Shown here: positions 39,425-48,689 of the stretch, in pieces | How the letters are laid out: each line of letters opens with the position of its first letter | Numbering within the stretch: the first letter of the stretch is position 1 | From: an uncultured Pseudomonadota bacterium | GTDB taxonomy: Bacteria > Pseudomonadota > Alphaproteobacteria > RF32 > CAG-239 | Assembly: GCA_949295995.1 (NCBI GenBank) | Contig: CASFNK010000033.1 | Span: 2,485-66,484, forward strand | Length of the DNA stretch: 64,000 bases | Direction of reading: 5' to 3' | Translations under genes and position numbers: made by a program | Notes under the pieces: model-generated | What the model was told of the DNA's origin: nothing | The model's input: the letters and a program-made list of their open reading frames with translations, nothing else | Databases searched by the model: none

Positions 39425-41818
39425 TTAGCTTCTCAGTTGTCCGCCTGTTTTGTTGCAAACAGCCATTTCAACCTTTTTCATCAAAACCTCTAACTCTTGG
39501 TCGCTAAATGTTTTTTCTTGCGGTTGGAAAGTAACCGAAATAGCAATAGACTTTTTGTTCTCAGGCAAATTTTCGCCCTCATAAAGGTCAAAAATGCGTA
39601 CATCGATAATTGTATTGCGATCAGCCGTCTTAGCCGCCGTAATCACATCTATTGCTTTAACTTTTTTATCAACCACAAAAGCCAAATCTTTATCAACCGG
39701 TTGAAATTGAGAGAGTTCCAATTTTTTCTTAGCTTTACTTTGCGCATCACGTGGGAGCGGAATATTATCCATATAAACCTCAAAAGCATAAACTCTCTGT
39801 TTCAACCCAATCTTTTTGGTAACACTCGGATGCAATTCACCAAAATAAGCCAAAACATTTTTGCCCAAGCGTAAGACACCGCTTCTTCCCGGGTGATAAT
39901 ATGTCGGCGCATCTGTTGTAATTTGAGCATTTTCAAACGGTCCGTTAGCCGCAGCAATAGCTGCCAAAGCATCAGCTTTCACATCAAACACATCGTATGC
40001 TCTGGCCTCTCCTGTCCAATGTTTTTTAGAGGTTTGACCAATGCGGATACCGCCGGCTACCAAAGTCTGTTGCCCGGGCTTGCGACCGAAAAATTCCGGC
40101 CCGACTTCAAACAAAGCAACATTACCGTATCCTCTGGCAATATTGTTTTTCGCCCCCAAGAGCAAGTTTGGCAAAACCGAAGGACGCATCTCATTTAAAT
40201 CTGCTGCAATCGGATTCATCAATAAAACGACATCATCATTTTGGCGACGGAAATATTGCGCGATATTACTGTCGGTAAAACTCCAAGTAACCGTTTCCAA
40301 CAGTCCTCTATTAGCCAATTCATGTTTAACCGTAAGCATACGTTGTTGTGCCGGCGTCAAAACCTGGCGTGGCAATTTATCATGCGGCAAAGATTCCGGC
40401 ACAATATTATCCAAACCAATCATTCTGACCACTTCTTCAACAAGGTCGTGCTCACCTTCAATATCGCCGCGCCATGTCGGAGAAATAGCTTTAATTCGAC
40501 CATCAGCTTCAACCGAAATCTTAAAACCGAGGTTACTCAAAATTTCGGTTATTTTATCGGATGACACATCAATACCGGCAAAATTCTTCATTCTTTCCGG
40601 ACGCAGATAAGCCACTCTTTCGGCACAATCTTCAGAGCCTGCAATTTCCATTTCACTGACTTCACCGCCACAAATATCAACAATCATCTGCATTGCATAA
40701 TCAGAGCCGAGCACGTTTGACTTTGGGTCAACCCAACGCTCATAACGATATCTGGAATCAGAATCAATTTGGAAATGGCGTCCCGTCCGAGCAATGCATT
40801 CCGGCTTAAATAAAGCACATTCCAAGAACACATTTTTGGTCTCATCGGAACAGCCTTTTTCTTGACCGCCCATAATACCGCCCAAACATTGAACACCTTC
40901 ATCATCGCAAATACCCAAAGATTTGCTGTCCAACGCATATTCTTTTTCCTCTAAAGAGATAAATTTTTCACCTTCTTTAGCCATGCGAACGGTGATGTTG
41001 CCTTTGAGCTTATCGGCATCAAAAACGTGCAACGGACGAGCCATATCATAGTTGATATAGTTGGTAATATCAACCAACGGAGAAATCGAACGTAACCCGA
41101 TAGCGGTTAATCTGTCTTTCATCCATTTTGGCGTCTGTGCTTTGTTGTTCACACCGCGAATATAGCGTCCGACATAAGTCGGGCAGGCATCAAAATCTTC
41201 AATTTTTACTTTAACAGGGCTGGCAAAAGTACCTGAAATTTTGCGAATTTCTAAAGGTTTAAGTTTTCCAAGACCGGCCGCAGCCAAATCACGAGCCACA
41301 CCTCTGACTCCTAAGCATTCAGCTCTGTTTGGCGTAATTGAAATATCAAATACTGGATCAATCGGCAATACGTCTGCCGCCGGAACACCAACTTTGGTAC
41401 CTTGCGGTAGTTCGATAATTCCCGTATGGTCTTCCCCGATACCGAGTTCTTTTTCGGAGCACAACATACCAAAGCTCTCAACACCGCGGATTTTACCGAC
41501 TTTCAAAACCTCGTTATAGCAAGGAATAACCACGCCGACCGGCGCAAAAATTCCGATAAGCCCTTGACGAACATTAGGCGCACCACAAACAACTTGCAAA
41601 TTTTGTTGACCATCATTAACACTCAATAAATGCAAATGGTCGGAATCCGGATGCATTTCACAATCTTCAACTTTTGCTGTAACAAAACCTTTTAAATTGC
41701 TGGCAGGATTAAAAACTTCTTCAACCTCAAGACCGATTTTGGTAAGGGTTTCGGCAATTTCATCAACACTTGCCTGAGTATCCAAATGTTCTTTTAACCA
41801 AGATAACGTAAATTTCAT
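39425..41818 (-). CDS. pheT: Phenylalanine-tRNA ligase beta subunit
   Basis: MKFTLSWLKEHL, VVCGAPN, TPNR, PLHVFD, RGDI ... DLVEEV, FDX-ACB tail. Confidence 0.97.
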   Translation of the reverse strand: MKFTLSWLKEHLDTQASVDEIAETLTKIGLEVEEVFNPASNLKGFVTAKVEDCEMHPDSDHLHLLSVNDGQQNLQVVCGAPNVRQGLIGIFAPVGVVIPCYNEVLKVGKIRGVESFGMLCSEKELGIGEDHTGIIELPQGTKVGVPAADVLPIDPVFDISITPNRAECLGVRGVARDLAAAGLGKLKPLEIRKISGTFASPVKVKIEDFDACPTYVGRYIRGVNNKAQTPKWMKDRLTAIGLRSISPLVDITNYINYDMARPLHVFDADKLKGNITVRMAKEGEKFISLEEKEYALDSKSLGICDDEGVQCLGGIMGGQEKGCSDETKNVFLECALFKPECIARTGRHFQIDSDSRYRYERWVDPKSNVLGSDYAMQMIVDICGGEVSEMEIAGSEDCAERVAYLRPERMKNFAGIDVSSDKITEILSNLGFKISVEADGRIKAISPTWRGDIEGEHDLVEEVVRMIGLDNIVPESLPHDKLPRQVLTPAQQRMLTVKHELANRGLLETVTWSFTDSNIAQYFRRQNDDVVLLMNPIAADLNEMRPSVLPNLLLGAKNNIARGYGNVALFEVGPEFFGRKPGQQTLVAGGIRIGQTSKKHWTGEARAYDVFDVKADALAAIAAANGPFENAQITTDAPTYYHPGRSGVLRLGKNVLAYFGELHPSVTKKIGLKQRVYAFEVYMDNIPLPRDAQSKAKKKLELSQFQPVDKDLAFVVDKKVKAIDVITAAKTADRNTIIDVRIFDLYEGENLPENKKSIAISVTFQPQEKTFSDQELEVLMKKVEMAVCNKTGGQLRS

Positions 41819-41830
41819 TGTTCTCTTCTC

Positions 41831-42934
41831 CTATCTCTGCGCACCGCCGTTATTACTCAAACCACCTGTCATGGAAGACTCATCCAAAGGCACAAAGCCA
41901 TAATGTTTCAACCATCTGACATCTGATTCAAAGAACGTGCGTAAATCAGGAATACCATATTTCAGCATAGCCAACCTATCTAAACCCATACCGAAAGCAA
42001 AACCTTGATATTCATTAGGGTCAATACCTCCGGCTTTTAGGACATTGGGGTGCACCATACCGCAACCCAAAATCTCGAGCCAATCATTACCGGCACCGAT
42101 TTTGAGTTCGTTTTTTGTTTTCAAACAACCGATATCCATTTCGGCCGAAGGCTCAGTAAATGGGAAATAAGAAGGACGATAGCGCACCGGCAATTCATCG
42201 AGCTCAAAAAATGCCTTAACAAAGTCATATAAGCAGCCTTTAAGATGCGCCATGGTAATATTTTTATCAATCACCAAACCCTCAACCTGGTGGAACATTG
42301 GGGTATGTGTTGCATCATAGTCCGAACGATAAGTACGTCCCGGCGCAATAATTCTGATAGGCGGACATTGTTTTTCCATGGTTCTGATTTGCACCGAGGA
42401 GGTTTGTGTTCTGACCACATAGCTGTCATCAAAATCATCACTCTCCAAATTTTTGATATAGAAAGTATCTTGCATTTGGCGAGCCGGATGGTTAGCCGGA
42501 GTATTAAGCGCATTAAAGTTATGGAATTGGTCTTCAATATCCGGTCCATCAGCCACTTCAAAACCCATCTGCCCAAAAATAGCGACAACTTCCTCATAAA
42601 TTTTGCTGACCGGATGAATCCTGCCCTGCACTTCAGGACGAATAGGCAAAGTAACATCAATCACTTCATGAGCCAATTTTTCATTGAGTTCTTTTTCTTC
42701 CAAAATTGCTTTTTGCTTATCCAAAGCGGCTTCAATTTCAGTTTTCAAGATATTAAGTTGTTTACCCATTTCCTTTTTCTCTTCAACCGAGAGGGAAGAT
42801 AGAGATTTCATCAGTTCGGTAATTTTACCCTTTTTGCCCAGAGCAACCACCCGAACATCTTCCAAGGCTTTTATATTTTGAGCCGCACTCACGTTTTCGA
42901 GAAGCTCATTTTTTAATTGCGTAGTATCCACCAT
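41831..42934 (-). CDS. pheS: Phenylalanine-tRNA ligase alpha subunit
   Basis: HPARQMQDTF, THTPMFHQVEG, FPFTEPSAE, GFAFGMGLDR. Confidence 0.97.
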   Translation of the reverse strand: MVDTTQLKNELLENVSAAQNIKALEDVRVVALGKKGKITELMKSLSSLSVEEKKEMGKQLNILKTEIEAALDKQKAILEEKELNEKLAHEVIDVTLPIRPEVQGRIHPVSKIYEEVVAIFGQMGFEVADGPDIEDQFHNFNALNTPANHPARQMQDTFYIKNLESDDFDDSYVVRTQTSSVQIRTMEKQCPPIRIIAPGRTYRSDYDATHTPMFHQVEGLVIDKNITMAHLKGCLYDFVKAFFELDELPVRYRPSYFPFTEPSAEMDIGCLKTKNELKIGAGNDWLEILGCGMVHPNVLKAGGIDPNEYQGFAFGMGLDRLAMLKYGIPDLRTFFESDVRWLKHYGFVPLDESSMTGGLSNNGGAQR

Positions 42935-43060
42935 AAATCCACCATAAAATATTAAACTAAAACATTAAGTATTGTCAGTAACAACGTAATTTAAAATGCA
43001 AAAGAGTCAACCGAAACCATCAGTTAACTCTTCTGTAAAAATGTTTGCTAATTGCTTAAC

Positions 43061-43420
43061 TTATTTGCTTAAAGCATTTTTAGCAGCTTCGACCAATTTG
43101 GCGAAGTTAGCAGGCTCTTTCAAAGCGATATCAGCAAGGACTTTTCGGTCGAGTTCAATGCCGGCTTTGCTAAGCCCGCTGATAAATCGAGAGTAAGTCA
43201 AATCATGCAAACGAGTCGCGGCGTTAATTCTTTGAATCCACAAAGCGCGGAAACTTCTCTTTTTAGCCTTACGATCGCGATAAGCGTATTGTAAACCTTT
43301 TTCAACTTTTTCAACAGCAACACGGAAAACGTTTTTAGAACGACCACGATAACCTTTGGCCATAGCCAAAACTTTTTTATGACGAGCGCGAGCTGTTACA
43401 CCTCTTTTAACACGAGACAT
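43061..43420 (-). CDS. rplT: 50S ribosomal protein L20
   Basis: MSRVKRGV ... AKGYRG ... LWIQRINA ... DRKVLAD. Confidence 0.98.
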   Translation of the reverse strand: MSRVKRGVTARARHKKVLAMAKGYRGRSKNVFRVAVEKVEKGLQYAYRDRKAKKRSFRALWIQRINAATRLHDLTYSRFISGLSKAGIELDRKVLADIALKEPANFAKLVEAAKNALSK

Positions 43421-43432
43421 TTACACATCCTC

Positions 43433-43630
43433 CTACAAATACGGTAAAAACTTTTTAACAATGATGGTATCAGACTCTGAAAGCAGAGTAGTACCTCTGG
43501 CTTGTCTTTTCATTTTTTGTGTTTTGCAGAAAAGGCAGTGTCTCTTTTTGGCAAAATTTCTTTTTAATTTGCCGGTTCCGGTAACGCTGAAACGTTTTTT
43601 AGCGGAACTTTTAGTTTTCAACTTAGGCAT
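43433..43630 (-). CDS. rpmI: 50S ribosomal protein L35
   Basis: [14 protein letters not shown] ... LPYL, directly upstream of rplT. Confidence 0.97.
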   Translation of the reverse strand: MPKLKTKSSAKKRFSVTGTGKLKRNFAKKRHCLFCKTQKMKRQARGTTLLSESDTIIVKKFLPYL

Positions 43631-43670
43631 TTTGCTTCCTTTCAATAAGTTATTATATTGGATGCATTAG

Positions 43671-43707
43671 GAGTATTCAGGCATGCCTTACCAGCACTGA
43701 CATACTC
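43671..43707 (-). promoter_or_regulatory. Putative structured rpmI-rplT leader
   Basis: Minus strand: gagtat-g-tcag ... ggcatgcc-tga-atactc stem 40 nt upstream of rpmI. Confidence 0.45.
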
Positions 43708-43811
43708 AAAACGATTGTTTTATACACTTAACTTTTCAATATTGCAAGCATTTTTTATTCATTTATATCGTTTATTAAAGAAACTTCTATTACACTCAAA
43801 CCCCAAGAGAA

Positions 43812-44171
43812 TTAATACAAATAATTTTCATTATCCCTGAGTTTGCGAATATATTCGGCGCGTTCTTGCTCATCGACAAAGCCATCTTTATCCTTATCCA
43901 TTTCTTTGAATTGCTCTTCAGGTGTTTTATAGGTACCGTTCTTTTTGTTACGGCGAATATTGCGCCTGTCTTCTCTGGTCAAATTATCAAACCGGCTTTC
44001 ATATTCTTCCAATGACAATTTACCATCTTTGTCTTTATCATATTCTCTCATTTGATAAGAGGCAATTTCTTCCGAACGACTTTTAACTGGCATTCCTTCA
44101 GGAAAAGTATATTTTCCCCATGCTTGTCCTGATAACAACCATACACCGACCAACACAACCAAATATTTCAT
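43812..44171 (-). CDS. Exported EF-hand protein
   Basis: Signal peptide plus loops DKDKDGKLSLEE and DKDKDGFVDEQE. Confidence 0.8.
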   Translation of the reverse strand: MKYLVVLVGVWLLSGQAWGKYTFPEGMPVKSRSEEIASYQMREYDKDKDGKLSLEEYESRFDNLTREDRRNIRRNKKNGTYKTPEEQFKEMDKDKDGFVDEQERAEYIRKLRDNENYLY

Positions 44172-44182
44172 ATTTACCTCTC

Positions 44183-44914
44183 TTAATAAAAATTACTACC
44201 CTCTATCGGCACAAAGGCTTCCAACCGCTTATCAACCAACTTACCCTCTTCTAAAGCAACTTTTCTATCCATTCTATCTGCCAACTCAAAGTTATGTGTG
44301 GCAATCAAAGCCGACAAGCCGGTTTCTTTCACAATTGCCAACAATTCGGCAAACACAATTTCGGCTGTTTTAGGGTCAAGGTTTCCGGTTGGTTCATCCG
44401 CCAACAACAACTTCGGCGCATTAGCTAAAGCTCTGGCAATTGCCACACGCTGCTGTTCACCGCCTGACAATTCCGCCGGACGATGATTAGCTCTTTTTTC
44501 CAATTTCAAACGAGATAATAACCATCTGGCTTTTTCTTGAGCCACCTTATATTTCACACCGGCAATCAACTGCGGCAACATCACATTTTCGGTCGCATCA
44601 AAATCAGGCAACAAATTATGATATTGATAGACAAAACCCAAATAATCACGCCTTAAAGCCGTGCGCATACCATCACCCAACTTGCTGCACTTTTGCCCAT
44701 TGAGATAAATTTCGCCTTTTGTTGGTCTATCAAGTAAGCCTGCAATCTGCAACATAGTTGATTTTCCGGAACCCGATGGCCCGATAAGCGCCACAACTTC
44801 TCCCGGCATAATCTCCAAATCGACCCCGCGCAAGACATCCAAGTTTTGACCGCCTTGCTTAAAGGTTTTCACAACTTTTCTTAATTCCAAAGTAGGCACA
44901 ATATTTTTATTCAT
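44183..44914 (-). CDS. lolD: Lipoprotein-releasing ABC transporter ATPase
   Basis: GPSGSGKS, LGFVYQYHNLL, LSGGEQQR, ADEPTGNLD. Follows lolC/E. Confidence 0.92.
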   Translation of the reverse strand: MNKNIVPTLELRKVVKTFKQGGQNLDVLRGVDLEIMPGEVVALIGPSGSGKSTMLQIAGLLDRPTKGEIYLNGQKCSKLGDGMRTALRRDYLGFVYQYHNLLPDFDATENVMLPQLIAGVKYKVAQEKARWLLSRLKLEKRANHRPAELSGGEQQRVAIARALANAPKLLLADEPTGNLDPKTAEIVFAELLAIVKETGLSALIATHNFELADRMDRKVALEEGKLVDKRLEAFVPIEGSNFY

Positions 44915-46154
44915 ATCTCAAAGCCTCCACCGGATCAAATTTAGCGGCACGATACGCCGGATATATGGTTGCCATGAATGACAATAACAAAGAAATCACG
45001 ACCACAACACCAACTTCCATAGCATCAACTTTAGCTGGCAATTTTGATAAGAAATAAATCTCAGCTGAGAACAAATCTTGCCCCAATAAGGATTGCAACC
45101 CCTGACGAATTGCCTCGATATTATCACAAAACAGCAACCCCAAAACTAATCCCAAAGCTGTCCCGACCACACCGATTCCTGCACCATCCATAAAAAAGAT
45201 ACGCATAATCATTCCTTTCGTCGCCCCCATCGTTCTGAGTACGGCAACATCGCGCCCCTTATCTTTTACGAGCATAATCAAACCGGTAATAATATTAAAA
45301 GCGGCCACGATAATGATGAGCGTGAGAATAATAAACATCACATTTCTTTCAACTTCAATCGCATTAAAGAAAGCCGAATTACTTTGTTTCCAATCATAGA
45401 CATAAGCCCCTGCCCCGACACTTTCTTCAATAGCTTGACGCACAGGTTTGAGCATTTTTTCATCATCTAAAGTAACATCAATATTTGTAACGGCACCAGA
45501 CAATCCAAAATAAGTCTGAGCACTCTCCAAAGGCATAAAAATAAAACTGGAGTCATACTCAAACATTCCCACTTCAAAAGTTCCCAAAATCGTATAAGAC
45601 TTCATCCGCGGTACGGTACCAAAAGCCGTAATTTTACCGTTTGGAGAAATAAGTGTAATTTCATCACCCTCAATAAGCCCCATTTTATTAGCCAAACGAG
45701 AACCGATAATCACGTTGTTTCCCTCAAAGCGCGACATATCAATATTTTTAAGGCTGTTTCTCAAAATATCTTTTTTTAAGATATCTTCTTTTGTAATACC
45801 ACGCACCATAGCACCTTCTGCTACTTTTCCCGAAGAAACCAAGAGCTGATTTTCAATCATCGGAATCACGGTTTTAACATCATCAAATTCGGCAATATCT
45901 TTAACCGCTTGCTGATAATTATTAAACGGCAGCCCGATTGTTGAGACAATACCAATATGCCCGTTAATCCCCAAAATGCGCGCGAGCAATTCCTCACGAA
46001 AACCATTCATCACCGACATCACAATAATCAAGGTAGCCACACCGAGAGCGATTCCCGTAAAGGCAAAACCGGTAATCACCGAAATAAAGCCCTCTTTGCG
46101 CTTGGCATGGATATAGCGTCTGGCGACCAAACGTTCAAATTTTGAAAAAATCAT
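44907..46154 (-). CDS. lolC: Lipoprotein-releasing ABC transporter permease (LolC/E)
   Basis: LGVATLIIVMSVMNGF, VAAFNII, AVLRTMGA, YPAYRAA ... PVEALRYE. Confidence 0.92.
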   Translation of the reverse strand: MIFSKFERLVARRYIHAKRKEGFISVITGFAFTGIALGVATLIIVMSVMNGFREELLARILGINGHIGIVSTIGLPFNNYQQAVKDIAEFDDVKTVIPMIENQLLVSSGKVAEGAMVRGITKEDILKKDILRNSLKNIDMSRFEGNNVIIGSRLANKMGLIEGDEITLISPNGKITAFGTVPRMKSYTILGTFEVGMFEYDSSFIFMPLESAQTYFGLSGAVTNIDVTLDDEKMLKPVRQAIEESVGAGAYVYDWKQSNSAFFNAIEVERNVMFIILTLIIIVAAFNIITGLIMLVKDKGRDVAVLRTMGATKGMIMRIFFMDGAGIGVVGTALGLVLGLLFCDNIEAIRQGLQSLLGQDLFSAEIYFLSKLPAKVDAMEVGVVVVISLLLSFMATIYPAYRAAKFDPVEALRYE

Positions 46155-46235
46155 TTTCAAGTCTCCTGTTTGCTTATAAAAATTTATAAAGCCCTCACAA
46201 GTCTTTGGCAACCATTCAATTCCGACAATGTGTAT

Positions 46236-46263
46236 AAAAAAAGCACCGATTTCTCGGTGCCTT
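46236..46263 (-). terminator. Intrinsic terminator after flaF
   Basis: Minus strand: gcaccga-ga-a-atcggtgc followed by a U-run. Confidence 0.8.
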
Positions 46264-46280
46264 AAGTAGCAATAAAAAAT

Positions 46281-46946
46281 TTAGCAAGCCGGACGCTTAG
46301 ACATCAAACCTTCCGAAATCTGCAGATTCGTCATAATCATACTGTCCAAGGCTTTATGATTAAGAGAGTCAACATTTTTGCCGACTTCCAAAGTTCTGCA
46401 AGAAACATAATCAGCCAACTTAATCAAATTTCCTTTAGTTTCTTTCGGCAAAGGATTATTTTCATCAGATGCCAAAGTTTTAATATAAACCCAAAGTTTC
46501 ATATTATTATCCAAAGCACTAACCAACTCGGCAGTACTGTTATTTTCTCTGGCATTAGACAAGTCAACGGCACATTTCAACAAAGAAAAAGCCTCTTCTC
46601 TGGCTAAATTATTCTTAACGGCTTCCACCAAGCCCTCAGAAATTTGCATATTAATATTAACCAGACAATCAAAATCGGTTTTAGTCATTTTCAAGCCCTT
46701 AGAAAGAATCATTCTTTCAACGAACTTAGAGAGTTTCATCAAATTAGCTTTAATATCTTCGGGAAGCAAATTCTTTGCGTTCTTTAATGAAGTTTCTATT
46801 TCGACCCAAAGCTTCAAATTGCTGTCCAAAGCCTGAATGATTTCATGTTGATTATTGCTGGTTGAAGCTTTAGCCAACAACATCGCATGATTCAGCAAAA
46901 CGACGGCTTCGTTTTCAGCATTTTTCACTTGGTTATTTGTATTCAT
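46281..46946 (-). CDS. flaF: FlaF-family flagellar regulator with two tandem FlaF domains
   Basis: Two repeats of E-A ... ALDxNxKLW ... NxLP ... KxNLxKL ... NxQISEGL. RBS gagg precedes ATG 46946. Confidence 0.8.
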   Translation of the reverse strand: MNTNNQVKNAENEAVVLLNHAMLLAKASTSNNQHEIIQALDSNLKLWVEIETSLKNAKNLLPEDIKANLMKLSKFVERMILSKGLKMTKTDFDCLVNINMQISEGLVEAVKNNLAREEAFSLLKCAVDLSNARENNSTAELVSALDNNMKLWVYIKTLASDENNPLPKETKGNLIKLADYVSCRTLEVGKNVDSLNHKALDSMIMTNLQISEGLMSKRPAC

Positions 46947-47037
46947 TTTTACTTCCTCAAAAGTTAATAGTTCATACACAATATAGATTTTAGACTAAGT
47001 TATTTAAATAATAATTCAAAGACATCCACAACTTATA

Positions 47038-47153
47038 TCCTAGGCCTGCCTAAAATGGGGAGAAAGACAGGCCTTCGGACAAAGAGAGAGAAACACCTCG
47101 TAATAAAGTTTTCTCTCAAACGCACCGGAACAAATGGGGAGAATTCCGATGCG
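47038..47153 (-). ncRNA. Candidate three-hairpin sRNA / 3'-UTR element with two UUCUCCCCAUUU loops
   Basis: Two 10-bp stems of unrelated sequence carry the same 12-nt loop core. The one non-Watson-Crick pair in each stem is G-U only on the minus strand. Confidence 0.65.
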
Positions 47154-47170
47154 AAAGGCTTTTACATAGG

Positions 47171-47935
47171 CTAGAAAGGAGACAGAATATCAATGAGCTG
47201 ACGACCATATCTCGGTTCTTGCATATCAGAAACCGTACCCCGACCGCCATAAGATACTCTGAGTTCGGCAATTTTACTCGATTCGATAGAATTATCGGAT
47301 TTAATGTCTGCGCGTCTGATAATACCTCTGACAGTGAGTTGGCGCAGTTCATAATTCACTCTGATTTCTTGGGTTCCCTCAATCACCAAATTATCATTCG
47401 GCAAAACTTGGGTAACAACAGCCGCCATCGTCATGCTGATATCTTCCGAACGGTTAATTTTACCCTCGCCTTGAACATCATGATTCGACATCACGTTAAA
47501 CAAATCGGTTACATCAACACCTTCCGGCAGATAATCATGAGCATATTTTTCATATCCGGCCAAAGCATTAATATTAACCGTATCTTCGTTATCATCACGA
47601 TACTGTTCGGTTTTGTTTTTCATAGAGGCATTATCCGAAGCCACGATATTAACCGTGATAATATCACCGACCTTAGCCGCTCTCTGGTCTTGGAAAAATC
47701 CGGAAGAGCCTTTTTTCCATAATGAGTTTGCCCCGGCATATTGCTCTGGCTTAGCTGGCATCGGCATAGAAACGGCCTGATACCCGGGAGCTTCCACCGG
47801 ATTTTGAATTGGAGCCAAATCCGGCTCTTTACCGATATTTGACAATCTTGACCAGGTATTACACCCACTCAAAGCCGTTGCCATCATCAACACGGCGGCT
47901 AATTTACAAAATTTTTGTTTTGAATTATTCATCAT
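47171..47935 (-). CDS. flgH: Flagellar L-ring protein
   Basis: Lipobox LSGC, NSLW, DQRAAKVGDIITV, QEIRVNYELR, IAELRVSYGGRG. Confidence 0.95.
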   Translation of the reverse strand: MMNNSKQKFCKLAAVLMMATALSGCNTWSRLSNIGKEPDLAPIQNPVEAPGYQAVSMPMPAKPEQYAGANSLWKKGSSGFFQDQRAAKVGDIITVNIVASDNASMKNKTEQYRDDNEDTVNINALAGYEKYAHDYLPEGVDVTDLFNVMSNHDVQGEGKINRSEDISMTMAAVVTQVLPNDNLVIEGTQEIRVNYELRQLTVRGIIRRADIKSDNSIESSKIAELRVSYGGRGTVSDMQEPRYGRQLIDILSPF

Positions 47936-47947
47936 CCAATCTCCCCT

Positions 47948-48670
47948 TTATTGGACATCTATCCTAACCGTATCGGCATCAACCACTTCACCGACAAGGA
48001 TTTTTTTGCTTTTCGTATTTTCGACTTCAATTTTATCGCCTTTTGCACCGTCTTGACGAGCTTGCCCGCGAGCGGTAATTTGCATTTTTTTGGTTTGATA
48101 AATTACCGTAATCAAGTCATTTTTATGAATAAGAATTTTCTCACCGATATCTCTGTCGGTAATAATTTTTCCGGCTTTAAGATATTTTTTAGCTTCTTTG
48201 TTTACGAGCTTATCCAAATCCACCACAAACATCGGTTTAATTCTGTTCATACGCACTTGAATGGTTTTGAGCATATCAGGCGTAATAACTTCGCCTTTAT
48301 CAATATTTTTTGCCGGCACGTAGATATCGCCCAAAACATAAAACTTACCGCTAACGGTTGTTTGGGCAAAAGGTTTCCCATCGGCAAAAATTTCCACCTT
48401 GCATGAAAACTTGTTTTGCAGTTCATCAGCTTCTAATTGTTCAACCAAAATTTTAGCGCGTTGAGCATTTTCGATTTGAAAGACAGTTTGCCCACCGAAA
48501 AATTCCAAATCAACAGCCTCCAGCCGTCCCTGCTCCACAAATTCTTTTTTAATTGCCGCTGATACTTCATCTTCGCTCACCATCAACAGATTATCTGTTG
48601 CCTCTACCGCTTTCAAATTTCCGACGGTTAAGATTAAAAATAACACACTGCAAATCAATCTAATTTTCAT
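47948..48670 (-). CDS. flgA: Flagellar P-ring chaperone
   Basis: Signal peptide, SAF-like region, GQARQDGAKGDKIEVENTKS. Lies between flgG and flgH. Confidence 0.9.
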   Translation of the reverse strand: MKIRLICSVLFLILTVGNLKAVEATDNLLMVSEDEVSAAIKKEFVEQGRLEAVDLEFFGGQTVFQIENAQRAKILVEQLEADELQNKFSCKVEIFADGKPFAQTTVSGKFYVLGDIYVPAKNIDKGEVITPDMLKTIQVRMNRIKPMFVVDLDKLVNKEAKKYLKAGKIITDRDIGEKILIHKNDLITVIYQTKKMQITARGQARQDGAKGDKIEVENTKSKKILVGEVVDADTVRIDVQ

Positions 48671-48689
48671 GAAGAACCCTTTACCACGC

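Noticed and set aside
47042-47153. Twin hairpins as a CRISPR mini-array or simple terminators
   Set aside because: Only the loops repeat while the stems differ, there are no cas genes, and there is no long U-tract after the outer hairpins. Kept as an sRNA candidate instead.
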